Of a stretch of DNA of 64,000 nucleotides, positions 1 through 9,054 are shown piece after piece. Positions within the stretch are counted from its first letter, which is position 1. The number at the start of each line of letters is the position of its first letter. The position numbers and the translations under genes were made by a program. The DNA is from an uncultured Eubacteriales bacterium (GTDB lineage: Bacteria > Bacillota > Clostridia > Oscillospirales > Acutalibacteraceae), in the NCBI GenBank assembly GCA_949296825.1, contig CASFQZ010000085.1, positions 6,822 to 70,821 of the forward strand, read 5' to 3'. A model generated the notes under the pieces. The model was not told where the DNA came from. It saw only the letters and a list, made by a program, of their open reading frames with translations, and searched no databases.

Positions 1-1107
1 GCTTTTAATCAGCTTATGATCCATCAGCGTCCAAGCCTCTGAAAGCACCGGGATGGCACTGATACCGAAAGTTACGGTCACCGACGGCAGGAGATTGCGG
101 AAATCACTGGCGATCTCATAAGCTCCGTAAAGATAATCGGCAATATTTTCATCCAAAATGCCGCCGGCAGAAAGGGCAGAGGAAAACATGGTCTTCAAAA
201 CTTCCAAATCCGTTTCCGTAATTGTGCGCAGACGGTTCTGGATGGTCCAGGAATCGATTAAATTTGTGATATTAAAAATAATCGTACTGGCAACAATCGG
301 CAGCGCGATGGAGATCAACTGACGCGCCATTGTTTTTTGGCGCAGCGGCTCCGGTGCGCCAGAAAGCTCGGACTTTGTGATCCCGTCACCCCGAATGCGG
401 TAGCGGATTGCAAGATATAGAAATGCAAGAACAGTTCCCAGCGTAACGCCGCCAATGGCGCCAGCTGCGGCATAGGGATAAATCGCGCTCATCGCCTCTG
501 ACTCTGTCGCACAGGCGACGCCGAAAACAACACCGCCCTTTTGGAACTGTGAAAGCCCGAGGGAAACAACCTCCTGAGAGATAACGACGCCAATCAGCAA
601 TTTGGCAACCGCCTCAATAACCTCGGAAACCGCAGTAGGCGTCATATTTCGCAGTCCGTTATAGTAGCCGCGGTATGTAGACATCACGCAGCAAAAGAAG
701 ACAGAAGGAGCAAGCACCACAATCGAGCGGAATGCCTCCGGATTTTTTGCGGTGATGGCATAGGGATACGCCAGCGCAACCAGAAGAAGCGTTCCGATGG
801 TGCCGGTAAAAAGGAAGATTTTCTTGGAAACCCGTAGGGTCTGGCGAACATGGCGATACTCCCCCAGCGCCATATGATGGGACACCATGCGGGAAATGGC
901 AGTGGGCAGCCCCGCCAGCGCAATGGAATAGACCGGGATAAAAATAGCGTATGCGGAATTATAATAGGATCTGCCGATTGGTCCAAGAATATTGGTGATA
1001 GGGATTTTATAAAAAATGCTGATCAGCTTGACAATCACCGTTGAAATGACAAGAATCAGAGCGCCGTTCAGCAGCGATTGTTTTTTTCGTTGGGTTTGTT
1101 TAGCCAA
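1..1107 (-). CDS. MOP-superfamily flippase, SpoVB/MurJ-like (C-terminal part runs off the left edge)
   Basis: Not in the ORF track because it is open-ended. My translation of the minus strand starts at TTG 1107, 8 nt after GGAGG (1116-1120). It gives MAKQTQRKKQSLLNGALILVISTVIVKLISIFYKIPITNILGPIGRSYYNSAYAIFIPVYSIALAGLPTAISRMVS... and stays open to position 1. Multi-TM, typical polysaccharide-biosynthesis/SpoVB N-terminus. Confidence 0.75.
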   Translation of the reverse strand, partial: MAKQTQRKKQSLLNGALILVISTVIVKLISIFYKIPITNILGPIGRSYYNSAYAIFIPVYSIALAGLPTAISRMVSHHMALGEYRHVRQTLRVSKKIFLFTGTIGTLLLVALAYPYAITAKNPEAFRSIVVLAPSVFFCCVMSTYRGYYNGLRNMTPTAVSEVIEAVAKLLIGVVISQEVVSLGLSQFQKGGVVFGVACATESEAMSAIYPYAAAGAIGGVTLGTVLAFLYLAIRYRIRGDGITKSELSGAPEPLRQKTMARQLISIALPIVASTIIFNITNLIDSWTIQNRLRTITETDLEVLKTMFSSALSAGGILDENIADYLYGAYEIASDFRNLLPSVTVTFGISAIPVLSEAWTLMDHKLIKS

Positions 1108-1130
1108 TCAGGTTACCTCCTTTCAAAGGA

Positions 1131-2036
1131 TCAACCGATAAATTCACGGAGAATCGAATGCCCCGGCACCATATGAGGGGTAAGGGTTGTAAAATGACGG
1201 AGCGATTCCGACAGCAACCGCGCCTTTGGGTAAAACCTGGAATTCTCATCCACCGACGCCAAAAGCGGCAATGCTTCTGCAGCGAATACCGCAGGTTCAT
1301 AGGGTAAAAAAGAATTGATTTTATATTGCGCGTTTCCTTCGTGGGGAAAAAGATATTGATTCTCGCCGTAAAGCACCTGCTCCCAAAGCTCAAAGGTGTT
1401 CTCCGGAGAGCTGGCGCGAAAGCGGGAATCCCGAACCAGGCGACGCAAAAAACGCAAATTGCGTTTGTTCAATAAAACATGCCCGTCCTGCACAACACGG
1501 GATGAGACGCTGATATACAAGAACAACAGCTCGTCTTTCGGCAAATCGCCGATAATCACGGGATTCAGCGCGTGAAGCCCCTCGATGACCAGCCGGTCGT
1601 TTTCTTTCAAAGAGATTTTCCGCCGTTCCCGGCTGCGTTTCCCGGTAATAAAATCAAAAATCGGCAAGTCTGCTTCTCTGACGGTGATGAGCCGATAGAG
1701 ACATTCATGCAAACAATCCAGATCCAGGGCATAAACAGTCTCGTAATCATCCGAACCGTCGGAATTTTTCGGACCGCAGCCGTTATTCAAATAAAAATCA
1801 TCCAGCGAAACGGTATAAACCCGTCCGCCGCAGAGCCGCTCCATCTCCCGCGATAAAAGAGAAGCACTGGTGGTTTTGCCGGATGCGCTCGGTCCGGCAA
1901 GCAGAACGATCTCATGGGAGCGTGCAAGCTGTGCAGCCTGACGAAGCGATTGATAAAACTGCGCCTCGCTTTGCGCAATAAAATCGTCAGGCGACAGGGA
2001 AAGCTGCCGCTCAATCCAACTTGCTTCAAAGGTCAT
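1131..2036 (-). CDS. P-loop nucleoside/uridine kinase family protein
   Basis: ORF 1131..2054. Walker A LLAGPSASGKTT, Udk/PRK-like layout. ATG 2036 preceded by GAAAGGA is preferred over TTG 2054. Confidence 0.7.
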   Translation of the reverse strand: MTFEASWIERQLSLSPDDFIAQSEAQFYQSLRQAAQLARSHEIVLLAGPSASGKTTSASLLSREMERLCGGRVYTVSLDDFYLNNGCGPKNSDGSDDYETVYALDLDCLHECLYRLITVREADLPIFDFITGKRSRERRKISLKENDRLVIEGLHALNPVIIGDLPKDELLFLYISVSSRVVQDGHVLLNKRNLRFLRRLVRDSRFRASSPENTFELWEQVLYGENQYLFPHEGNAQYKINSFLPYEPAVFAAEALPLLASVDENSRFYPKARLLSESLRHFTTLTPHMVPGHSILREFIG

Positions 2037-2050
2037 GCCTGAATCCTTTC

Positions 2051-3526
2051 TCAATCGGCTGTCTTATCATATTTTTCGGGATTTTCGTAGAAATCCAAAA
2101 TTTTATCTTTACGGGCTAAAATCTGCGAAAACCGATCGATATATTCATATGGATACTTAAAGTTAAATATTCTTTCGATGTTATTGACGCCGTCCTGCCT
2201 GCATTTGGTCACGGCTCCTGCACCGCAGGAAAGCACGGTGTGGATCTCCTCCATCATAAAAATATTATAGATGCATTCCGCGCCTTTTTTTGCCCAGCCG
2301 ACGTTTTCAAGATTGCCAATACTGCGGCTCTGCCGATACATATAATACGGGATATACCCTCGCTCTGTCAATACCTGCTGCGCCGCGTCCAGCATCGCTG
2401 CGGTATTGGTCTGCTCGTGATAATCCTCCTGCGACACCAGTTCGGACGAGCGCTTGAGCGCCAGCGTATGTACGGTAATATTGGATGGCGAAAGAGAGTC
2501 GGTTTTCTCAAGACTTTGCATAAAGCCCTCTGGCGTATCGGTCGGCAGTCCGGCGATCAAGTCCATATTGATCTGTGAAAACCCCGCACGAACAGCGGCA
2601 TCATAAGCGCGAAGCGTATCTTCGCAGGTGTGTTTTCTGCCAATCCGGCAAAGGATATCGTCATGAAACGTCTGCGGATTGATGCTGATGCGCTCTACCC
2701 CATTGTGACGAAGCACCGCAAGCTTACCCGGCGTCACCGTATCCGGACGACCGGCTTCCACGGTAAACTCTGTACACTCCGAGAAATCGAAGCTCGCGCG
2801 AACCGTACCCAGCACCTCGTCAAGCTGCGATTCAGACAGCGTCGTCGGCGTACCGCCGCCCATGTAGACGGACCGCAGGGAAAGTCCGAGAGCAGACGCA
2901 ATTTTTGCGGTTGCGCGCAGCTCCTCGCACAAAAGCGCCACATAATCGGGGATCAATTTTTTCGCCTGCGCAATCGAATGAGAAACGAAGGAACAATAGC
3001 TGCACCGACTGGGACAAAACGGCACGGATAGATACAGAGAAAAGCAGCGCGCATGGGAAGAGGCGGCGACGCTATCCTGATTGCGTGACACCTGCATCGC
3101 CAACTCCGTCTTTTCCGGACTGACGCGAAGCGTCTTGATAAAATACTCTCGCGCCTTTTGATCTCCGAATTGTTCACGCAGCGTCCCCATCAATTTCGCT
3201 GGACGCACACCGGTCAGCAGCCCCCAGGGCGGCTGATAGCCGGTAAAGCGGCAAAGCACTTCAAACAAAAGCGTACAGAGAAAGAGCTCTGCATCTTTTC
3301 CGCCGGAAAAATCATTCAGCCGATGGGCTTTTTCGTTTCTACCGCCGATATGAACGCTTACTGCATATCGTTGCCAACAGCCCTCACGGATAATCAAAGC
3401 CTCCAAGCCGTCATTTTCCGACGGCTGAATACCCTCGATCACCTGGATTTTTTCATGTGGAAAAAACACGCGAGTGAGGTTTTCTACTTCATAACGGAAT
3501 TCATGATTGATGGTTAAGATAAGCAT
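2051..3526 (-). CDS. hemZ: Radical SAM coproporphyrinogen dehydrogenase HemZ-type
   Basis: 491 aa. CxxxCxxC cluster CPSRCSYCSF and HemN-like core with a long N-terminal extension typical of clostridial HemZ. Confidence 0.75.
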   Translation of the reverse strand: MLILTINHEFRYEVENLTRVFFPHEKIQVIEGIQPSENDGLEALIIREGCWQRYAVSVHIGGRNEKAHRLNDFSGGKDAELFLCTLLFEVLCRFTGYQPPWGLLTGVRPAKLMGTLREQFGDQKAREYFIKTLRVSPEKTELAMQVSRNQDSVAASSHARCFSLYLSVPFCPSRCSYCSFVSHSIAQAKKLIPDYVALLCEELRATAKIASALGLSLRSVYMGGGTPTTLSESQLDEVLGTVRASFDFSECTEFTVEAGRPDTVTPGKLAVLRHNGVERISINPQTFHDDILCRIGRKHTCEDTLRAYDAAVRAGFSQINMDLIAGLPTDTPEGFMQSLEKTDSLSPSNITVHTLALKRSSELVSQEDYHEQTNTAAMLDAAQQVLTERGYIPYYMYRQSRSIGNLENVGWAKKGAECIYNIFMMEEIHTVLSCGAGAVTKCRQDGVNNIERIFNFKYPYEYIDRFSQILARKDKILDFYENPEKYDKTAD

Positions 3527-4139
3527 TTTTCTTCCTTATATAGCGATTGTGTTTGCGTTCTTCTTCCATGGTAGTGCAGCGATTATGTCCGGGATATAAA
3601 ATATAATCACCGGGCAGCGCCTGCAAACGATCGATCGAACGGATCAGAGCATCCATACTGCCGCCAGGGAAATCGGTTCTGCCGACGGTCCGACAAAACA
3701 GCGTATCACCGGTAAAGATAGTATCGTTCCAGAGAAAACACACGCCGCCTGGCGTATGTCCGGGCGTTTCCATCACGCGGATTCCGCCGGCAAAATCAAT
3801 CACATCCCCGTCATAAAGCAGCCGATCGGGCGTAAGGGGCTCCTGACGCTGCAGCGAATGCTCCTGTGCAAGACTCAGCGATGCATCAGAAAGCATGGGC
3901 GCATCTTTTTCACCGATGCAAACCTCTGCGCCGGTACGTCTTTTACATTCGGCGACGCCGAGGATATGGTCAAAATGACCGTGGGTCAACAAAATATATC
4001 GCAGCTTTTTTCCGGCAAGCGCCTCAAAAAGCGCGGAGGAAACCGCACCGGGGTCGATAAGCACCGCATTGCATTCGTCATCCGTCAGCAAATAGCAATT
4101 TGCCCCCATTTCACCCATCGGAAAGGTTTTGATTTGCAT
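3501..4139 (-). CDS. MBL-fold metallo-hydrolase (glyoxalase II-like)
   Basis: THGHFDH motif. ATG 4139 lies 6 nt after AGAAGGGA. Usual position downstream of dtd. Confidence 0.8.
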   Translation of the reverse strand: MQIKTFPMGEMGANCYLLTDDECNAVLIDPGAVSSALFEALAGKKLRYILLTHGHFDHILGVAECKRRTGAEVCIGEKDAPMLSDASLSLAQEHSLQRQEPLTPDRLLYDGDVIDFAGGIRVMETPGHTPGGVCFLWNDTIFTGDTLFCRTVGRTDFPGGSMDALIRSIDRLQALPGDYILYPGHNRCTTMEEERKHNRYIRKKNAYLNHQS

Positions 4140-4152
4140 AGTAGATCCCTTC

Positions 4153-4608
4153 TTATTTTGCCCAAAGATCGGTATCAAACAGGATGGTAACCGGTCCGTT
4201 ATTTAACAGCTCAACCTGCATGGAAGCGCCGAACTCCCCTTTTTCGACTACGGAAACACCGTTATCACGCAGTTTTTTCATATAATATTCATATAATCTT
4301 CGCGCTTCCTCGGGGGGCGCAGCGTTGGAGAAGGAAGGCCGGTTGCCTTTTTTGCAATCAGCGCAAATCGTAAACTGTGACACCACCAGCGCCTGCCCGC
4401 CAATATCCAGCAAAGACAAATTCATCTTATCCTGTGAATCGGTAAACACGCGCAGCTTCGCTGTCTTGGCGGCGAGCAAATCCGCCTCCTTTTCGCTGTC
4501 GCCGTTTCGAACGCCCAGCAGCACCAGAAAACCCGGTCCGATTTCACCGGTCGTCCTGCCATCCACTGTGACCTTCGCGCGGCTGACGCGCTGAATAACT
4601 GCTCTCAT
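4153..4608 (-). CDS. dtd: D-aminoacyl-tRNA deacylase
   Basis: 151 aa. MRAVIQRVSRAKVTVDG... and SQFTICAD motif. Follows relA as in most Firmicutes. Confidence 0.9.
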   Translation of the reverse strand: MRAVIQRVSRAKVTVDGRTTGEIGPGFLVLLGVRNGDSEKEADLLAAKTAKLRVFTDSQDKMNLSLLDIGGQALVVSQFTICADCKKGNRPSFSNAAPPEEARRLYEYYMKKLRDNGVSVVEKGEFGASMQVELLNNGPVTILFDTDLWAK

Positions 4609-4638
4609 CGGGATATCCCCTCTCCTGGTAAATGTTGC

Positions 4639-6825
4639 TCAGGAACGGGTGATTTTGACCACTCCGTTTATTTTTTCCAACCGTGAAGTCACGCTGCGCA
4701 AATGCTCAATGGACGATACAGACAGCGTCAAAACAATCGCAGTTACTTCCTGTCTGTTTTTATCACGGACGGTATATACATTCAGAATCATTACGCGCAT
4801 ACTTGCCAAAACGGCAGTGATGTCCGCCATCAAGCCATATCGATCCACGCAAGCCACATGAAGCGTCGCGCAGAAATCCTCCTTGACGTCGGCGTCCCAA
4901 TATGCCTTGACCCATCGCTCCGGCTGTGCGCATTGCGCAACCTCCTTCGGCACATTGGGACAATCGCGTTTATGGACGGACACCCCGTGCCCGCGTGTGA
5001 TATATCCGATAATTTTATCACCGGGGATGGGATTGCAGCATTTCGCAACCTTGACCAGACAATTGTCGATCCCCTCGATCACAATCCCGTCGCTGCCATG
5101 CTTGACGCGTCGCTCGGTGGGTTTCAGCTCCTGCGGTTCCACAGGCTTTGCAAGCTTATTGTACTCGTCACGGATATGAGGCATAATGCGACTGATTACC
5201 AATCCGCCATAACCGATGGAAGCGTAAAAATCGTCGGCATCCTTACAGTGGTATCGTCCGGCAAGATCGGCAATGAATTTATTGTATTCCTCTTCCGGCA
5301 GACGGATATTGCTGCGCCGCAGCTCCCGTTCCAACTCCGCCTTGCCTTCTACAATATTTTCATCGCGGCGCTCTTTTTTGAACCACATACGGATCTTATT
5401 GCGCGCTTCGCCAGTTTTTACAATGTTCAGCCAATCGCGGCTCGGTCCCTTGCCGGGCTGCGATGAAGTCAGGATCTCCACAATTTCCCCGGTTTTTACT
5501 TTATAATCTATGGGGACGATTCTTCCGTCCACCTTTGCGCCCGTCATACGGTTGCCGACCGCAGAATGAATGGCATAGGCAAAGTCGATCACCGTTGACC
5601 CCTGCGGCAGGCAGATTACATCGCCCCGGGGGGTCAATGTATACACCTCGTCAGGGACCAGATCATTTTTGATGGCAGCAACAATATCGGTCACATCTTC
5701 CGCCGAATTCTGGGTTTCCAAAAGCTGACGGATCCAAGCCATACGCAGCTCTGGTTTTTCTTTCCCGGAACTCATACCCAACTTATATTTCCAATGAGCG
5801 GCGATGCCGTATTCTGCGGTGCGGTGCATTTCCCATGTGCGAATCTGCACCTCGAAGGGCAGCCCTTCCCGGCTAAGGAGCGTCGTATGCAGCGACTGGT
5901 ACATATTCGGTTTTGGCGTAGAAATATAGTCCTTGAATCTGCCGGGAATCGGTCGGAACATATCGTGGATGATACCGAGACAATTATAGCAATCGGTTAC
6001 CGTGTCTACGATAATGCGAACGGCATAGATATCGTAAATCTGGTCAAAATTCTTGTTTTGCAGATACATTTTCCGATAAATACCGTTGACGCTTTTTACT
6101 CTGCCTTCAATGGCGGCGTCGCCGCAAATCGGTAAAATCCGTTTGCGGATGCGTTCTTTGATCCCCTCCAGAAATTCAGTCCGCTGGGTGCTCTGCGCCG
6201 CCAGCTGTTCGCTGATTTCCTGATAAGCGACCGGGTCCAAAAACATAATCGCCCGATCTTCCAGCTCTTCTTTCACGGCGCGGATACCGAGACGATGTGC
6301 AATGGGCGCGTAAATTTCCAGGGTTTCGCGCGCAATTTCGCGGCGACGCTGCTCCGGAACATATTGCAGCGTCCGCATATTATGGAGCCGATCCGCCAGT
6401 TTCACGATGATGACACGAATATCCTGACTCATGGCAAGCAGCATCTTGCGTAAATTTTCCGCCTGCTGCTCTTCTCGGGTAAACAGAGGGATTTTGCCGA
6501 TCTTTGTAACGCCGTCCACCAGATTGGCGACAACGTCGCCGAACTGTTCGCGGATTTCATTCAACGTAATCGGCGTATCCTCTACCACATCGTGCAATAA
6601 CGCTGTCTCCAGCGAAGGAGAATCCATGCCAAGCTGAAAAAGGATTCCGGCAACAGCAACCGGATGGATAATATAGGGTTCGCCGGATTTTCGTTTTTGC
6701 TCCCGATGTGCCTGTTCTGCAATCGCATAGGCACGATCGATGTCCCGGAGATTTTCCGGCGAAAAGGCTTCGGCAAGCTTCTGACGAAGCGCGTCATATC
6801 CGCCCGATGTTACATCTATAGACAT
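4639..6825 (-). CDS. relA: Bifunctional (p)ppGpp synthetase/hydrolase RelA/SpoT
   Basis: HD hydrolase (LHDVVEDT), synthetase, TGS and C-terminal ACT-like regions. ATG 6825 after AAAGGAGTG is preferred over GTG 6834. Confidence 0.95.
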   Translation of the reverse strand: MSIDVTSGGYDALRQKLAEAFSPENLRDIDRAYAIAEQAHREQKRKSGEPYIIHPVAVAGILFQLGMDSPSLETALLHDVVEDTPITLNEIREQFGDVVANLVDGVTKIGKIPLFTREEQQAENLRKMLLAMSQDIRVIIVKLADRLHNMRTLQYVPEQRRREIARETLEIYAPIAHRLGIRAVKEELEDRAIMFLDPVAYQEISEQLAAQSTQRTEFLEGIKERIRKRILPICGDAAIEGRVKSVNGIYRKMYLQNKNFDQIYDIYAVRIIVDTVTDCYNCLGIIHDMFRPIPGRFKDYISTPKPNMYQSLHTTLLSREGLPFEVQIRTWEMHRTAEYGIAAHWKYKLGMSSGKEKPELRMAWIRQLLETQNSAEDVTDIVAAIKNDLVPDEVYTLTPRGDVICLPQGSTVIDFAYAIHSAVGNRMTGAKVDGRIVPIDYKVKTGEIVEILTSSQPGKGPSRDWLNIVKTGEARNKIRMWFKKERRDENIVEGKAELERELRRSNIRLPEEEYNKFIADLAGRYHCKDADDFYASIGYGGLVISRIMPHIRDEYNKLAKPVEPQELKPTERRVKHGSDGIVIEGIDNCLVKVAKCCNPIPGDKIIGYITRGHGVSVHKRDCPNVPKEVAQCAQPERWVKAYWDADVKEDFCATLHVACVDRYGLMADITAVLASMRVMILNVYTVRDKNRQEVTAIVLTLSVSSIEHLRSVTSRLEKINGVVKITRS

Positions 6826-6851
6826 GAAATTCACTCCTTTGCTTCAAATCA

Positions 6852-8882
6852 TTACCCTTGATACCCAAGAAATGTCAAAAAGACAGATCGATTCAAATCG
6901 GTCCTCGCCGCCTCCGGCACAACTGTCCAGCCATTGCCGCAGGGAACGATCAGGCTGCATTCCGCAAGGGCGCGAACGGCAGAACAAACACAGCCAAAAG
7001 CGCTTTCCGGCAGGCGAAGCCGTTTCCATATGACCTCCTGCAAGCAGTTTTCACCGCCATGGGATTTGATATACAAATAAACGGCGCCGATAAACTTCCG
7101 GTCGGGCAGAACGGCATTTTTTTGCTCCGGTGTCAATACACAACCGGCATCCGCCAAGCGAAAAAGCTGATAGGAATCGAAAAGCTGCCGCTCGTCAGTG
7201 TCAGAAAAGCGCATTTCGCGGATCTGCACCGAAGGACGCGTCACCCCCTGATATACATTGGGCTCCACCACAGCGGCGATATCAATTTGATCACCGACGC
7301 AAAACGGAAATTGCGCCGGCTTCATACCGAATTTAACCGCCTGCAATTTTGCATCGCCTCTGCTCAGCCGCAGCCGCAGGTGGTTGCCTCCGCCGAGCGG
7401 ATCAACACCGTCCAAGCGCATATGACAAAAGGCGAAAACCGGTTTGCCGTTTCCTTCGCCGAAGGGTTCCAGCGCTTGCAGGGAATTCAAAAGAGAAGCG
7501 GAAACACCGGCAGGCATCAGCTTACAGGAAATCAACAGCTCTTCGCTGCCCGGCGGATGTTCTTTGGCGTACTCATTGATTTTCTCTCGGAAGGCAGGGA
7601 TATTCTTTACGGCAAGACCAACGCCCGCGGCCTGTGTATGTCCGCCAAAATGATCCAACAGCTCCGAAGAAGCGCGCAGAGCATCATAAATAGAAAAATC
7701 AGAAACACTGCGGCAGGAGCCTTTTGCCGTCCCGTCGGGCAGCTCCGTCAGCACCACCGCGGGCTTGCCGTAGGTATCGCAAAGGCGGGAGGCAGCAATT
7801 CCCAAAACGCCCTCGTCCCAATCCGGCGCGCTGACAACCAGCACCGGCGCATCCGCATACTCAGGATGCTGTCGAAAAAAAGCGGAAATCCCATCCGCTA
7901 TCGTTTTTTCCGCTTCATGGCGCTGACCATTATATGCCGCCAGTTCATTTGCGTAATAGCTTGCCGTCTCCCGCGTATCACTCAACAGCAGCTGCAAGGC
8001 AGTTTCAGCGCTGCCCATACGTCCAGCCGCGTTGATGCGCGGCGCCAATCCAAATGCAACATGCGAAGACAAGATTTCTTTTTCCTGCAATCCGGCAAAC
8101 TCTGCTAAAACGTCAAGACCGATGATCGGTCGATCGTTCAACTGCCGCAGTCCGGCGCGCACGATCTGCCGGTTATCGCCAATCAGCGGGACGACATCGG
8201 CAATTGTTCCGAGCGCGGCGAACTGCGCGTAGACCGAAAGCAGGTCTTCATCCTCGCCGCCTGCCAAGGCGCGAACCAGATAGAAAGCGACGCCGACGCC
8301 GGAGAGATAGGTCAATTGGGATGTATCATCCGCCCGATGAGGGTCCACCACCGCTTCCGCCGGCGGTAATTCGCCCGATGGCTTATGATGATCGGTAATC
8401 ACCATGCGGACGCCGAGCTCCGCTGCCTTTTCCGCTGCCTGCACAGCAGTAATTCCCGTGTCAACGGTAATGATCCATTGCGCGCCGGTTTGTGCGATTT
8501 TTTCAACGGCACCGACATGGACTCCATAGCCCTCTTCGCTGCGGGACGGAATATAATATGCGACATCGCACCCCATGGCATCCAAGAAGGAATACAAAAG
8601 CGCAACCGCCGTTACCCCATCCGCATCATAGTCGCCGTAAATACAGATCCGCTGCCCTTCTTCCATCGCGGAGGAAATACAATCTGCAGCCCGATCCATA
8701 TCCTTCAGCGCAAAAGGGTCATGCAAAAGCACCCGCTCGTCCAGAAAAGCAGACACCGCCTCCGGCGTGTCGATTCCCCGCGAACAAAGGAGCAAGGCAG
8801 TCATCGCGTCGATGGCGCAGTCTTCCGACAGAGCGGCAGCTTTATCTTTATTAACCTTTGAAAAAATCCACTTTTTTCGCAT
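6852..8882 (-). CDS. recJ: Single-stranded-DNA-specific exonuclease RecJ
   Basis: DHH motif (VITDHHKP) and DHHA1 motif (FGGHTQAAG). ATG 8882 lies 7 nt after GGGAG. Confidence 0.9.
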   Translation of the reverse strand: MRKKWIFSKVNKDKAAALSEDCAIDAMTALLLCSRGIDTPEAVSAFLDERVLLHDPFALKDMDRAADCISSAMEEGQRICIYGDYDADGVTAVALLYSFLDAMGCDVAYYIPSRSEEGYGVHVGAVEKIAQTGAQWIITVDTGITAVQAAEKAAELGVRMVITDHHKPSGELPPAEAVVDPHRADDTSQLTYLSGVGVAFYLVRALAGGEDEDLLSVYAQFAALGTIADVVPLIGDNRQIVRAGLRQLNDRPIIGLDVLAEFAGLQEKEILSSHVAFGLAPRINAAGRMGSAETALQLLLSDTRETASYYANELAAYNGQRHEAEKTIADGISAFFRQHPEYADAPVLVVSAPDWDEGVLGIAASRLCDTYGKPAVVLTELPDGTAKGSCRSVSDFSIYDALRASSELLDHFGGHTQAAGVGLAVKNIPAFREKINEYAKEHPPGSEELLISCKLMPAGVSASLLNSLQALEPFGEGNGKPVFAFCHMRLDGVDPLGGGNHLRLRLSRGDAKLQAVKFGMKPAQFPFCVGDQIDIAAVVEPNVYQGVTRPSVQIREMRFSDTDERQLFDSYQLFRLADAGCVLTPEQKNAVLPDRKFIGAVYLYIKSHGGENCLQEVIWKRLRLPESAFGCVCSAVRALAECSLIVPCGNGWTVVPEAARTDLNRSVFLTFLGYQG

Positions 8883-8935
8883 GAACACACTCCCGCCCCC
8901 AGACTGTGAAAGCAACCCAATATATATATTCTATT

Positions 8936-8964
8936 ATTTTACATAAAATGCCGATTCATTGCAA
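8936..8964 (-). promoter_or_regulatory. Candidate sigma-A promoter of recJ operon (TTGCAA-17-TAAAAT)
   Basis: Minus strand reads TTGCAA (8964-8959), a 17-nt spacer, then TAAAAT (8941-8936), about 55 nt upstream of the recJ ATG. Confidence 0.45.
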
Positions 8965-9009
8965 GACATAAAGGAAAAAATAGGGAACAAATTGCGAACA
9001 TACCGCGAG

Positions 9010-9048
9010 AAATGTAAAACAACAGGAATCCGAAGGACGAATTCCTGT
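9010..9048 (-). terminator. Rho-independent terminator after nadE
   Basis: Minus strand: ACAGGAAT-tcgtccttcgg-ATTCCTGT followed by TGTTTTACATTT. Sits directly after the nadE stop. Confidence 0.6.
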
Positions 9049-9054
9049 CATTTA

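Noticed and set aside
1081-1107. Apparent frameshift in the homopolymer at the 5-prime end of the spoVB-like gene.
   Set aside because: On recount the run is 7 T (7 A on the coding strand). The TTG start at 1107 is then in frame with the whole ORF (MAKQTQRKKQSLL...), so there is no frameshift. The gene is missing from the ORF track only because it has no stop inside the window.
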